From Eukaryota sp. TZLM1-RC (taxonomy: Eukaryota > Protista > Metamonada: BaSk clade), in contig JAUPSS010000004.1 of the NCBI GenBank assembly GCA_040285825.1, forward strand, positions 5,671,784 through 5,735,783: 64,000 nucleotides of DNA. Direction: 5' to 3'. The notes under the pieces are model-generated. The model ran no database searches and had not been told where the DNA came from. It saw nothing but the letters and a program-made list of their open reading frames with translations. Each line of letters starts with the position of its first letter. Within the stretch, counting starts at the first letter, position 1. The position numbers and the translations under genes were made by a program. Below are positions 34,617 to 47,918 of this stretch, piece by piece.

Positions 34617-36984
34617 GACCAATGGACCACTGCTATGAGAATGCGTTGTTATTTATGGCCTTGTAATTTGCCCAATGATTTGTTTTGCAAATGTGGAGCT
34701 GGTTTGACATTATCACATTTATTTAATCGTAATAGATTTATTTCCTATCGTTCTACGTTGCATGATGCAGTCAGAGATCAAATCCATGCAATGTGTAATT
34801 CCTATCATATTGAATCTTTTGTAGAACCTTTGTTGAGGTCTCTTGATATAAATGAAAGCGTAAGAGATTCAGAATATGGAAAACGACGTGCTGATGTTGT
34901 TGTGCCCTCGTTTGATGATGTCATGAATGTTGTTGATGTCGTAACAGTGGATGTTTGCAAGAAAAATGCCTTGAAAAATGCTCAATCCGAAGTATCCCCC
35001 TTGATGACTCCGAATTGTACAAACGGAAAAAGTATGCAAATCCTTTAAAAGAATTGAAACATGTTCGCCATGTAGATTACCAAATTTGCCCATTTGCTAT
35101 ATCGTTGTATGGTCGTCTTGGAAAAACTGCTTTGAATTTTATTGATGATTTTGAAAATCTTGTGAAAAAAAGAATGAATAAGCATTTTGATCGTCGCTTG
35201 TGGCTAAATCGTATTGTTTTTACTATTTTCAAATCAATTCCTAAAATGATTTCGAAAGCTTTAATGTCTGTCAGTGCACATTATGAAAACATTGCTGCTG
35301 TGAGGTTTGATGGTGTGGAAGCTTGTTTTGAAGATATTGACTTTTAGACTGTGGTTTTGAAAATAAATTAAAATTAAATTAAAAAAAACAAGATATGTGT
35401 GAATAAATTAAAATTAAATTAAAAAAAAAAGATATGTGTGACAATACTTCTTCTGCCTTAGTAACAACAATTCCACAAGTTTATGGTACAAAGTTTAAAA
35501 TACAAATAGCCTATTCCTGGATAACTTAAGAGAAGAAATATCCAGTTTATCTCCCGACTTATGGCAATCATGTTTCCCCATATCCATTCAAGAAATTCCA
35601 GATAGAAGTTTATATTCATTAAAATTTGCGTTGAAAAAGCTCCAACGACATCTTTTGAAAAATTTTGAAAACAAGGATTTTATTGTTCGACTTAGCACGG
35701 CTAAGAAAGAAAATCCTGCTTTTGCCAATTTTTTGATTGATTTGAAGGACAGTTCATCTGCAGTTTTGATAAATCAAATTCCCCAGATTTATGGTCTATT
35801 ATTGAATGACGACCAATGGACCACTGCTATGAGAATGCGTTGTTATTTATGGCCTTGTAATTTGCCCAATGATTTGTTTTGTAAATGTGGAGCTGGTTTG
35901 ACATTATCACATTTATTTAATTGTAATAGATATATTTCCTATCGTTCTACGTTGCATGATGCAGTCAGAGATCAAATCCATGCAATGTGTAATTCCTATC
36001 ATATTGAATCTTTTGTAGAACCTTTGTTGAGGTCTCTTGATATAAATGAAAGCGTAAGAGATTCAGAATATGGAAAACGACGTGCTGATGTTGTTGTGCC
36101 CTCGTTTGATGATGTCATGAATGTTGTTGATGTCGTAACAGTGGATGTATGCAAGAAAAATGCCTTGAAAAATGCTCAATCCGAAGTATCCCCCTTGATG
36201 ACTCCGAATTGTACAAACGGAAAAAGTATGCAAATCCTTTAAAAGAATTGAAACATGTTCGCCATGTAGATTACCAAATTTGCCCATTTGCTATATCGTT
36301 GTATGGTCGTCTTGGAAAAACTGCTTTGAATTTTATTGATGATTTTGAAAATCTTGTGAAATAAAGAATGAATAAGCGTTTTGATCGTCGCTTGTGGCTA
36401 AATCGTATTGTTTTTACTATTTTCAAATCAATTCCTAAAATGATTTCGAAAGCTTTAATGTCTGTCAGTGCACATTATGAAAACATTGCTGCTGTGAGGT
36501 TTGATGGTGTGGAAGCTTGTTTTGAAGATATTGACTTTTAGACTGTGGTTTTGAAAATAAATTAAAATTAAATTAAAAAAAACAAGATATGTGTGAATAA
36601 ATTAAAATTAAATTAAAAAAAAAAGATATGTGTGACAATACTTCTTCTGCCTTAGTAACAACAATTCCACAAGTTTATGGTACAAAGTTTAAAATACAAA
36701 TAGCCTATTCCTGGATAACTTAAGAGAAGAAATATCCAGTTTATCTCCCGACTTATGGCAATCATGTTTCCCCATATCCATTCAAGAAATTCCAGATAGA
36801 AGTTTATATTCATTAAAATTTGCGTTGAAAAAGCTCCAACGACATCTTTTGAAAAATTTTGAAAACAAGGATTTTATTGTTCGACTTAGCACGGCTAAGA
36901 AAGAAAATCCTGCTTTTGCCAATTTTTTGATTGATTTGAAGGACAGTTCATCTGCAGTTTTGATAAATCAAATTCCCCAGATTT
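34617..36984. repeat. Tandem duplication, period 1194 bp
   Basis: B stop at 35347/36541; identical micro-insertion and junctions at about 35390-35500 and 36584-36694. Confidence 0.9.
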
Positions 36985-38612
36985 TTTTTTAAATTTAATT
37001 TTATTCTAAACCTATAAATCAACATCCAAAAAATCCATCTCTCCCAAAACAAAAACACTAGATGCAACTCTCTCATAGTGAGATCCAAGAGAAAGCAAAG
37101 CATCAGAAACCATCTTCAACATCCCCTTAAAAATAGAAAACACTATTCTATTTTGCCAAAACAATCTGTTGAAATTTCTGCCAGTTCTTCTCTTTACAAT
37201 CATTTCAAAATCATCCAAAAACGTAAAGCAGTTGGTGCAAGTGAACCAAAAAGGGAAAATACAAATGGATACAAATTGTATTTTGCATGCTGTAGACTGG
37301 CCAATTTGGACAAAGGTTCATTGTATTTTTTGAATTTAAAATTTTCAGCATTTGAAAGGGGATTATGAATTTCAGAATTAACAAGCCTTTCATTTGAGGC
37401 ATTACAAGGATCAACAGACATTACATCCAATAAAAATAAAGCTTCCATCTAATCCAGGTAATATGACATCACCTCTATTATTCTTATGAAAATCATTTTC
37501 AGCATCAAACAGATTTGACAACAGAGGTTCCAAGAAGGATTCAATTCTATGAGATTTACACATACAATATAACTGGTCTCTTACAGCATCATGAACCTTG
37601 CTTCTAAAAGTAATAAAATGTTTACAATTTAACAAATGAGTAGTTGTAATTTCTCGAGAACATTTACAAATTAAATTATGAGGTAAATTATCAGGCCAGA
37701 TAAAGGAACGAAATCTCATATTCAGAGTCCAAGCAGAATCGGATAAGAGAGTACCATAAACTTGTGGAATTGTTGTTACTAAGGCAGAAGAAGTACTGTC
37801 ACACATATCTTCCCCAGATTTATGGTCTATTATTGAATGACGACCAATGGACCACTGCTATGAGAATGCGTTGTTATTTATGGCCTTGTAATTTGCCCAA
37901 TGATTTGTTTTGTAAATGTGGAGCTGGTTTGACATTATCACATTTATTTAATTGTAATAGATATATTTCCTATCGTTCTACGTTGCATGATGCAGTCAGA
38001 GATCAAATCCATGCAATGTGTAATTCCTATCATATTGAATCTTTTGTAGAACCTTTGTTGAGGTCTCTTGATATAAATGAAAGCGTAAGAGATTCAGAAT
38101 ATGGAAAACGACGTGCTGATGTTGTTGTGCCCTCGTTTGATGATGTCATGAATGTTGTTGATGTCGTAACAGTGGATGTATGCAAGAAAAATGCCTTGAA
38201 AAATGCTCAATCCGAAGTATCCCCCTTGATGACTCCGAATTGTACAAACGGAAAAAGTATGCAAATCCTTTAAAAGAATTGAAACATGTTCGCCATGTAG
38301 ATTACCAAATTTGCCCATTTGCTATATCGTTGTATGGTCGTCTTGGAAAAACTTCTTTGAATTTTATTGATGATTTTGAAAATCTTGTGAAAAAAAGGAT
38401 GAATAAGCGTTTTGATCGTCGCTTGTGGCTAAATCGTATTGTTTTTACTATTTTCAAATCAATTCCTAAAATGATTTCGAAAGCTTTAATGTCTGTCAGT
38501 GCACATTATGAAAACATTGCTGCTGTAAGGTTTGATGGTGTGGAAGCTTGTTTTGAAGATATTGACTTTTAGACTGTGGTTTTGAAAATAAATTAAAAGT
38601 ATGTTAAAAAAA
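36684..38612 (+). mobile_element. 5'-truncated family B inserted in A; contains A(-) at 36985-37809
   Basis: TSD aagtttatggtac at 36671-36683 and 38613-38625. Nested A has TSD ttccccagattt at 36973-36984 and 37810-37821. Confidence 0.88.
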
Positions 38613-39009
38613 AAGTTTATGGTACTCTCTTATCCGATTCTGCTTGGACTCTGAATATGAGATTTCGTTCCTTTATCTGGCCTGATAATTTACCTCATAA
38701 TTTAATTTGTAAATGTTCTCGAGAAATTACAACTACTCATTTGTTAAATTGTAAACATTTTATTACTTTTAGAAGCAAGGTTCATGATGCTGTAAGAGAC
38801 CAGTTATATTGTATGTGTAAATCTCATAGAATTGAATCCTTCTTGGAACCTCTGTTGTCAAATCTGTTTGATGCTGAAAATGATTTTCATAAGAATAATA
38901 GAGGTGATGTCATATTACCTGGATTAGATGGAAGCTTCATTTTATTTTTTTTTGCGAAACCTTTTTATTCTTTTTTTTTTAAAATTTAATTTTATTCTAA
39001 ACCTATAAA

Positions 39010-40167
39010 TCAACATCTAAAAAAATCCATCTCTCCCAAAACAAAAACACTAGATGCAACTCTCTCATAGTGAGATCCAAGAGAAAGCAAAGCATCAGAA
39101 ACCATCTTCAACATCCCCTTAAAAATAGAAAACACAATTCTATTTTGCCAAAACAATCTGTTGAAATTTCTGCCAGTTCTTCTCTTTACAATCATTTCAA
39201 AATCATCCAAAAAACGTAAAGCAGTTGGTGCAAGTGAACCAAAAAGGGAAAATACAAATGGATACAAATTGTATTTTGCATGCTGTAGACTGGCCAATTT
39301 GGACAAAGGTTCATTGTATTTTTTGAATTTAAAATTTTCAGCATTTGAAAGGGGATTATGAATTTCAGAATTAACAAGCCTTTCATTTGAGGCATTACAA
39401 GGATCAACAGACATTACATCCAATAAAATGAAGCTTCCATCTAATCCAGGTAATATGACATCACCTCTATTATTCTTATGAAAATCATTTTCAGCATCAA
39501 ACAGATTTGACAACAAAGGTTCCAAGAAGGATTCAATTCTATGAGATTTACACATACAATATAACTGGTCTCTTACAGCATCATGAACCTTGCTTCTAAA
39601 AGTAATAAAATGTTTACAATTTAACAAATGAGTAGTTGTAATTTCTCGAGAACATTTACAAATTAAATTATGAGGTAAATTATCAGGCCAAAACAATCTG
39701 TTGAAATTTCTGCCAGTTCTTCTCTTTACAATCATTTCAAAATCATCCAAAAAACGTAAAGCAGTTGGTGCAAGTGAACCAAAAAGGGAAAATACAAATG
39801 GATACAAATTGTATTTTGCATGCTGTAGACTGGCCAATTTGGACAAAGGTTCATTGTATTTTTTGAATTTAAAATTTTCAGCATTTGAAAGGGGATTATG
39901 AATTTCAGAATTAACAAGCCATTCATTTGAGGCATTACAAGGATCAACAGACATTACATCCAATAAAATGAAGCTTCCATCTAATCCAGGTAATATGACA
40001 TCACCTCTATTATTCTTATGAAAATCATTTTCAGCATCAAACAGATTTGACAACAAAGGTTCCAAGAAGGATTCAATTCTATGAGATTTACACATACAAT
40101 ATAACTGGTCTCTTACAGCATCATGAACCTTGCTTCTAAAAGTAATAAAATGTTTACAATTTAACAA
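39010..40167 (-). CDS. ORF with two in-frame copies of the family A CCHC-RLE module
   Basis: 385 aa containing a 180-aa repeat; junction microhomology gcca at 39687-39690. Confidence 0.75.
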   Translation of the reverse strand: MLNCKHFITFRSKVHDAVRDQLYCMCKSHRIESFLEPLLSNLFDAENDFHKNNRGDVILPGLDGSFILLDVMSVDPCNASNEWLVNSEIHNPLSNAENFKFKKYNEPLSKLASLQHAKYNLYPFVFSLFGSLAPTALRFLDDFEMIVKRRTGRNFNRLFWPDNLPHNLICKCSREITTTHLLNCKHFITFRSKVHDAVRDQLYCMCKSHRIESFLEPLLSNLFDAENDFHKNNRGDVILPGLDGSFILLDVMSVDPCNASNERLVNSEIHNPLSNAENFKFKKYNEPLSKLASLQHAKYNLYPFVFSLFGSLAPTALRFLDDFEMIVKRRTGRNFNRLFWQNRIVFSIFKGMLKMVSDALLSLGSHYERVASSVFVLGEMDFFRC

Positions 40168-41538
40168 ATGAGTAGTTGTAATTTACAAATTAAATTATGA
40201 GGTAAATTATCAGGCCAGATAAAGGAACGAAATCTCATATTCAGAGTCCAAGCAGAATCGGATAAGAGAGTACCATATACTTGTGGAATTGTTGTTACTA
40301 AGGCAGAAGAAGTACTGTCACACATATCTTGTAAAAGATTTGCAAAAGCGGGATTCTTTTTCTTGGCCAAGCCAAGTCTAACATCAAAATCCAAGCTTTC
40401 AAAAATCTTTGACAATTTTTGTTGAAGCTTTTTACAGCAAAACTGTAAATTAAATAGAGATCGGTTTGGAATTTCTTGAATTGATTGAGGAAAGCATTTG
40501 GTCCAAATTTGTGGCGGTAATTTTTCAAGTTCACAAGATAACTCATACAAATAGGGACTACAATTGGGGACTAACAGATGAGAATCATCAGGAAATCTAC
40601 GAGAAAATTCATAAATAAAATTTTGCCACCACCCAAGAATGCTGATTGACACAAAATTGAAGATTTCGTAAATCCAATACCCCCCAAATTTGCTGAAGAA
40701 AATAAATGGCTTTTCAACATTCCTGGTTCTACATCCAATAAATCAGCAAAAAATTCTGTTCTCAATGAATTAAAAGAACGACAAAAATCTAATGCTATGG
40801 AAGGAGCACAAGATCTCAAAATGTGGGTTATTCTCCCAGTGTAGCAAATTTTAAGCATAAAAAATTTAATATGCTTTTCTATATCTAAAGAAGAAATTGA
40901 ATCAAGTTCAATTTTCATTTTTTCCAAAATAACTTGCAATTCATTCTGAATTTGAGGCACATTTCCTAACCAACAACCAAGGAACTTAAAAGCATCACTA
41001 CTATAATTAGTAAAAGGGACAATAGAATCGTTTATCACGAGGTCTTGAGCAGAAGAGCCAATCAGAAGGCATTTGCTGGTATTAAGATGAAGCCCAATAT
41101 TTTCATATGAATCGGCAATTTCTTGAGCAACCAATTCTAGTAAATCAAATGAACCAATCAAGGATATATCATCCATATAAGCAACTATTTTTATGGAAGG
41201 GTATTTTTGCTTAATGATATTTAAAGTTTTGTGAATAGCTAAACAAAACAATAATGGACCTAAAGGATCACCTTGCTTCACACCAGAAGATGATTTAAGA
41301 CCAAATGAATTAAAAATTAAATCTGATTCTTTACCATAAAAATGGTAGAAAAAACTCGATAGCTCAGGAAAATCAGATTTAATAACTTCAAAAATTGCTT
41401 CTCGCTTTACAGAATTAAAAGCATTTTTAAAGTCGAGATTAAAAATCAAATTATTTTCCTCTGCATTAAAAAAGGTATCAGAGGCAATAGCAGCAACAGA
41501 AGCACCATCAATTGTTTTGATTCCAAATTGATGAGGAT

Positions 41539-42923
41539 CTGGAAAATTCACTCATATTTTAAGGTCAACTCCCCCTTCGGTATCTCTCAATTTTTGCAGA
41601 TCTTTTAACAAACTTCGAGTCAAATTTTTTTCTTCTTTATTAGAAGTAAATGAATCTTTGATTCGAAGTCATGTATTTTGTTCAGCAGATTTGGGTGGAA
41701 TTGGATTCACCAAATCTTCGATTCTGTGTAAAGCAGCATTTTTGGGAGGTGGTAAAAATTTTGTTTTTGAATTTTTCCAAAGGTTCCCTTTTGATGTTCA
41801 TCTGATCAATGGTGAATCAAATTTTTACTTGAATCAACTGCAATTTGAATTAGAAAATTTGCCTAGTGATATCTGGATTCAGTGTTTTCCTCAAAATGTT
41901 CAAGAAATTCCCACTCGATCACTTCCAAATTTACGTTTTTGCTTGAAAAAGCTTCAGCACCATCTGGTTCAATTATATGAAGGCTTGGATTATGAAGTAA
42001 GACTTGGCTTGGCCAAAACTAAAAATCCCGCTTTCGGTAATTTTTTTAAAGGATATTCGTGATAGTTCTGCTGCTGCTTTAGTAACTCAAGTTCCCTCTG
42101 TTTATGGACTTTTGTTAAAAGACAATGAATGGCTTCTAAACATGCGTTTTCGTTGTTTTCTGTGGCCAAACAATTTGCCCAATCATTTAACTTGTAAATG
42201 TGGTAAACCTCTTTTGTTTACTCATCTTTTGAACTGTAAACATTTCATTACGTTTAGAAGCAAAGTGCATAATAACGTCAGGGACCAAATTTATGTAATG
42301 TGCAAATCATATCGTGTAGATTCCTTTTTAGAACCGCTGTTATCAAAATTAATTCTTGATGATCCCAATATTGATAGTACGCGTTACAACAGAGCTTCTA
42401 TGGGTCTGACTAGAGGTGATCTAGTTGTTCCTGGTTTAAATGGTAGTTTTACTATTTTGGACGCCATGTCTATTGACCCTTGTAATTCCTCTAACGAACA
42501 TTTCATTAACTCGGATGTAAATAATCCTCTTCTTGCAGGCGAAAAATATAAAATTGCTAAATATGCGAAACCCATTTCCTCGGTTAATGAAAATTCTCAT
42601 GCCCAATATAATTTATGTCCATTTGTTTTTTCTTTGCTTGGATCTCTAGGTAAGGCTGCTATGGCTTTCCTTGAGGATTTTGTTGTAGTTGTAAAGGAAA
42701 GAACTGGAAGAATTTTCAATCGTGTTTACTGGCAAAACAGGATTGTATTTTCTATTTTTAAGGGAATGGTAACACTAATTTCTGATTCACTATCTTCTGT
42801 TGGGAAATTTTCTGAATCTTTAGCGATTAATTGTTTTGATGTAGGGGAGGCAGGTTTTGAGGATGTGGAGTTTTAATTGTGTATTTCATATTTGTTGTTG
42901 AATAAAAATAAATATCTATAAAT
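41539..42923 (+). mobile_element. 5'-truncated family D inserted in A
   Basis: TSD aattgatgaggat at 41526-41538 and 42924-42936; ORF 42004-42876 ends EDVEF*. Confidence 0.92.
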
Positions 42924-44083
42924 AATTGATGAGGATTTAAAAATGTAGAAGCTTTGTCTTTGACACGATCGAAGACAATTGATGCCAGCAAACGAGAAAG
43001 AGATTCACCAACAGCAATTGGGCGTATTCCATCAGGTTTGATTCCGTTTCCAGGCTTTACTAAAGCAATCAGACGTGCTGCGAGCAATTCAAAAGGAGGA
43101 TTTATTTTCAAAACAATTAATTGTTGAAAATAGTGGGCTAGATCATCAGCAATTTCGGGAGCACTGGAACACGCTATTTTTAAGAGATCAAAAGAAATTC
43201 CAGATGGGCCTGCTGCTTTCCCCTTAGGTAATTTTTGAATAGCTTTAAGAACCTCAATTGCAGTAATAGGATTTTCAATCCAAAAAGGACACACTTCAGG
43301 CTTGCTGAACTTGAAATTTTCTTGAGGATGCAACTTTTGGAGTTTTTCAAGGGTATCAGAGTTTACATCAGCCAAAGAAGAGGAAAACAAAGACTGCTTT
43401 GCGGCACCATAACGACCACGTAAGCACAATTTTCGGCAAATTTTTGATTTTACAATTTTTCTATTTCCAAATTTTTTTCTTAAAACAATTTTTGTTTTTT
43501 CTAGCAAAATATTTCCAGAAGGATGAAATATTCCACTTATTATTTTTCAATTCAGAAGTAAAATTTCTCATTTCCATTGAGAAGGGGATTGTGCTGGCGG
43601 GACTTATTTCTACTGGGATCCGGATCGGGGGTCTTACGGTATCAACGGCTTTACAATTCGTACAAAACAGAAGTTTTCGACCATTTCGTGAATCTGCAAC
43701 ATCTTTTTTGCAAAATGGACAACAAAAATTACTGTTTTCAGAAGGGGAAGAAGAGGGAACACTAGAAGCATTTAACTGTTGATCGTCAGAAACATTATTT
43801 TCAGCACCATTCACAACGGCAACAGCTGGAACAGAACATTTGAGAATTTGTTGAGCAGATTTTAATTCAAATTCTCTTTTTTGTTTCTCAGGGCACGTTC
43901 TCGAATTATGACCACTGATACCACAAATCGAACATTTTTTAGAACCTTTTAATGGCAGTGGTTTCGTTTTTTCAGTTCTTTCAATTTTGTCAATTTTTGA
44001 GTTAAAAGTAGAAATAGACTTTTGACTTTTTGCAGTTTCAGCTGGAGAAAACAAATTTCGAGAAACGGAGTTGTTAATAGAAC

Positions 44084-44727
44084 CTTTTTATTCTAAACCT
44101 ATAAATCAACATCTAAAAAATCCATCTCTCCCAAAACAAAAACACTAGATGCAACTCTCTCATAGTGAGATCCAAGAGAAAGCAAAGCATCAGAAACCAT
44201 CTTCAACATCCCCTTAAAAATAGAAAACACAATTCTATTTTGCCAAAACAATCTGTTGAAATATCTGCCAGTTCTTCTCTTTACAATCATTTCAAAATCA
44301 TCCAAAAAACGTAAAGCAGTTGGTGCAAGTGAACCAAAAAGGGAAAATACAAATGGATACAAATTGTATTTTGCATGCTGTAGACTGGCCAATTTGGACA
44401 AAGGTTCATTGTTTTTTTGAATTTAAAATTTTCAGTATTTGAAAGGGGATTATGAATTTCAGAATTAACAAGCCTTTCATTTGAGGCATTACAAGGATGA
44501 ACAGACATTACATCCAATAAAATGAAGCTTCCATCTAATCCAGGTAATATGACATCACCTCTATTATTCTTATGAAAATCATTTTCAGCATCAAACAGAT
44601 TTGACAACATAGGTTCCAAGAAGGATTCAATTCTATGAGATTTACACATACAATATAACTGGTCTCTTACAGCATCATGAACCTTGCTTCTAAAAGTAAT
44701 AAAATGTTTACAATTTAACAAATGAGT
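44084..44727 (-). mobile_element. 5'-truncated family A 3' portion
   Basis: ORFs 44099-44401 and 44287-44736. Confidence 0.87.
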
Positions 44728-45285
44728 TATTATCAAAATCCATCTACTTCTTATTCTGTAACTGCCGCTGCTGCTGAATTAAATAATTTAGAATTTAATT
44801 TACCTCCCAAACATGAGTGCACTGCAGAAGACAATGATGCAGTGATGTTAGACATTTGTAGTGAAGCAGGTCAAATTGATAATTGTGCTATTTGTAATGA
44901 AAAAGCTGAAAGATATATTTTAAAAAATAATTTATATGTATGCCATGTTTGCTCCTCACTTGATACACTACGGCCTCCATGTAAGATTCCGAATGTTCTT
45001 AGTCCCAAGGCTTCCATTCCCTTTTCTGTTGCGTTTAGAACATTCAGTCTTGCTTTGAAAAAAGGAGAATGGGATGTTTTTTCTATTTGGAAATTCTTCC
45101 TTGAACAAAAATCAGGTTCTCGTCCCCAAAAGGTTTTCACTCCAAAAAAACAACCCAAGAATAAGACTGTACGAAAACTTTTGCTACGTGGGAGATATGG
45201 TTCAGGGAAAAACGCTCTGTTTTCATCTGATCTTGCTCCTGTGACTGATGAAACTGTAAATCAATTAGTAGATCTGCATCCAGCT

Positions 45286-47651
45286 TTTTTTTTTTTAAAA
45301 AAAATTAATTTTATTCTAAACCTATAAATCAACATCTAAAAAATCCATCTCTCCCAAAACAAAAACACTAGATGCAACTCTCTCATAGTGAGATCCAAGA
45401 GAAAGCAAAGCATCAGAAACCATCTTCAACATCCCCTTAAAAATAGAAAACACAATTCTATTTTGCCAAAACAATCTGTTGAAATTTCTGCCAGTTCTTC
45501 TCTTTACAATCATTTCAAAATCATCCAAAAAACGTAAAGCAGTTGGTGCAAGTGAACCAAAAAGGGAAAATACAAATGGATACAAATTGTATTTTGCATG
45601 CTGTAGACTGGCCAATTTGGACAAAGGTTCATTGTATTTTTTGAATTTAAAATTTTCAGCATTTGAAAGGGGATTATGAATTTCAGAATTAACAAGCCTT
45701 TCATTTGAGGCATTACAAGGATCAACAGACATTACATCCAATAAAATAAAGCTTCCATCTAATCCAGGTAATATGACATCACCTCTATTATTCTTATGAA
45801 AATCATTTTCAGCATCAAACAGATTTGACAACAGAGGTTCCAAGAAGGATTCAATTCTATGAGATTTACACATACAATATAACTGGTCTCTTACAGCATC
45901 ATGAACCTTGCTTCTAAAAGTAATAAAATGTTTACAATTTAACAAATGAGTAGTTGTAATTTCTCGAGAACATTTACAAATTAAATTATGAGGTAAATTA
46001 TCAGGCCAGATAAAGGAACGAAATCTCATATTCGGAGTCCAAGCAGAATCGGATAAGAGAGTACCATAAACTTGTGGAATTGTTGTTACTAAGGCAGAAG
46101 AAGTACTGTCACACATATCTTGTAAAAGATTTGCAAAAGCGGGATTCTTTTTCTTGGCCAAGCCAAGTCTAACATCAAAATCCAAGCTTTGAAAATAAAT
46201 TTATTTTAAAAAAAAAATCCAAGCTTTCAAAAATCTTTGACAATTTTTGTTGAAGCTTTTTACAGCAAAACTGTAAATTAAATAGAGATCGGTTTGGAAT
46301 TTCTTGAATTGATTGAGGAAAGCATTTGGTCCAAATTTGTGGCGGTAATTTTTCAAGTTCACAAGATAACTCATACAAATAGGGACTACAATTGGGGACT
46401 AACAGATGGGAATCATCAGGAAATCTACGAGAAAATTCATAAATAAAATTTTTGCCACCACCCAAGAATGCTGATTGACACAAAATTGAAGATTTAGTAA
46501 ATCCAATACCCCCAAATTTGCTGAAGAAAATAAATGGCTTTTCAACATTCCTGGTTCTACATCCAATAAATCAGCAAAAATTCTGTTCTCAATGAATTAA
46601 AAGAACGACAAAAATCTAATGCTATGGAAGGAGCACAAGATCTCAAAATGTGGGTTATTCTCCCAGTGTAGCAAATTTTAAGCATAAAAAATTTAATATG
46701 CTTTTCTATATCTAAAGAAGAAATTGAATCAAGTTCAATTTTCATTTTTTCCAAAATAACTTGCAATTCATTCTGAATTTGAGGCACATTTCCTAAACAA
46801 CAACCAAGGAACTTAAAAGCATCACTACTATAATTAGTAAAAGGGACAATAGAATCGTTTATCACGAGGTCTTGAGCAGAAGAGCCAATCAGAAGGCATT
46901 TGCTGGCATTAAGATGAAGCCCAATATTTTCATATGAATCGGCAATTTCTTGAGCAACCAATTCTAGTAAATCAAATGAACCAATCAAGGATATATCATC
47001 CATATAAGCAACTATTTTTATGGAAGGGTATTTTTGCTTAATGATATTTAAAGTTTTGTGAATAGCTAAACAAAACAATAATGGACCTAAGGGGTCACCT
47101 TGCTTCACACCAGAAGATGATTTAAGAGCAAATGAATTAAAAATTAAATCTGATTCTTTACCATAAAAATGGTAGAAAAAACTCGATAGCTCAGGAAAAT
47201 CAGATTTAATAACTTCAAAAATTGCTTCTCGCTTTACAGAATTAAAAGCATTTTTAAAGTCGAGATTAAAAATAAAATTATTTTCCTCTGCATTAAAAAA
47301 GGTATCAGAGGCAATAGCAGCAACAGAAGCACCATCAATTGTTTTGATTCCAAATTGATGAGGATTTAAAAAAGTAGAAGCTTTGTCTTTGACACGATCG
47401 AAGACAATTGATGCCAGCAAACGAGAAAGCGATTCACCAACAGCAATTGGGCGTATTCCATCAGGTTTGATTCCGTTTCCAGGCTTTACTAAAGCAATCA
47501 GACGTGCTGCGAGCAATTCAAATGGAGGATTTATTTTCAAAACAATTAATTGTTGAAAATAGTGGGCTAGATCATCAGCAATTTCGGGAGCACTGGAACA
47601 CGCTATTTTTAAGAGATCAAAAGAAATTCCAGATGGGCCTGCTGCTTCCAG
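45286..47651 (-). mobile_element. 5'-truncated family A (RT to 3' end) inserted in B; contains a 23-nt B-tail micro-insertion (46191-46213)
   Basis: TSD ctgcatccagct at 45274-45285 and 47652-47663. Micro-insert TSD aaaatccaagcttt at 46177-46190 and 46214-46227. Confidence 0.92.
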
Positions 47652-47839
47652 CTGCATCCAGCTGAATTTCTTAATTTGGATAATCCATCTGCTTCACAAT
47701 TTTGGAAACAAAATCCACTTTCTGAAAAAGAAGTTGAAACTGCCATTTTTCGTCTTCCATCTGGAAAAGCTCCAGGTCCATCTGGAATAACTTTTGATAT
47801 GCTGAAATCTGTGTGCCGCCAAAATTCCTTTATTATTAA

Positions 47840-47918
47840 TTTTTTTTTTAATTTAATTTTAATTTATTTTCAAAACCACAGTCTAAAAGTCAATATCTTC
47901 AAAACAAGCTTCCACACT
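47840..47918 (-). mobile_element. Mini family B 3' end inserted in B
   Basis: TSD tttattattaa at 47829-47839 and 47919-47929. Confidence 0.88.

Larger units (their letters stand above)
31034..35388 (+). mobile_element. 5'-truncated family B inserted in A; contains nested B(-) and A(-)
   Basis: TSD caagatatgtg at 31023-31033 and 35389-35399; B body 32091-32780 and 34617-35388. Confidence 0.82.
30731..38945 (+). mobile_element. Family A internal host fragment split by several B insertions
   Basis: A pieces 30731-31033, 35389-35489 (duplicated at 36583-36683) and 38613-38945 are collinear. Confidence 0.82.
38971..44083 (-). mobile_element. Near-full-length family A (5' end lost) with an internal 540-bp duplication and nested D
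   Basis: ORFs 43461-44054, 42827-43507, 40571-41551, 40161-40652 and 39010-40167. Confidence 0.9.
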
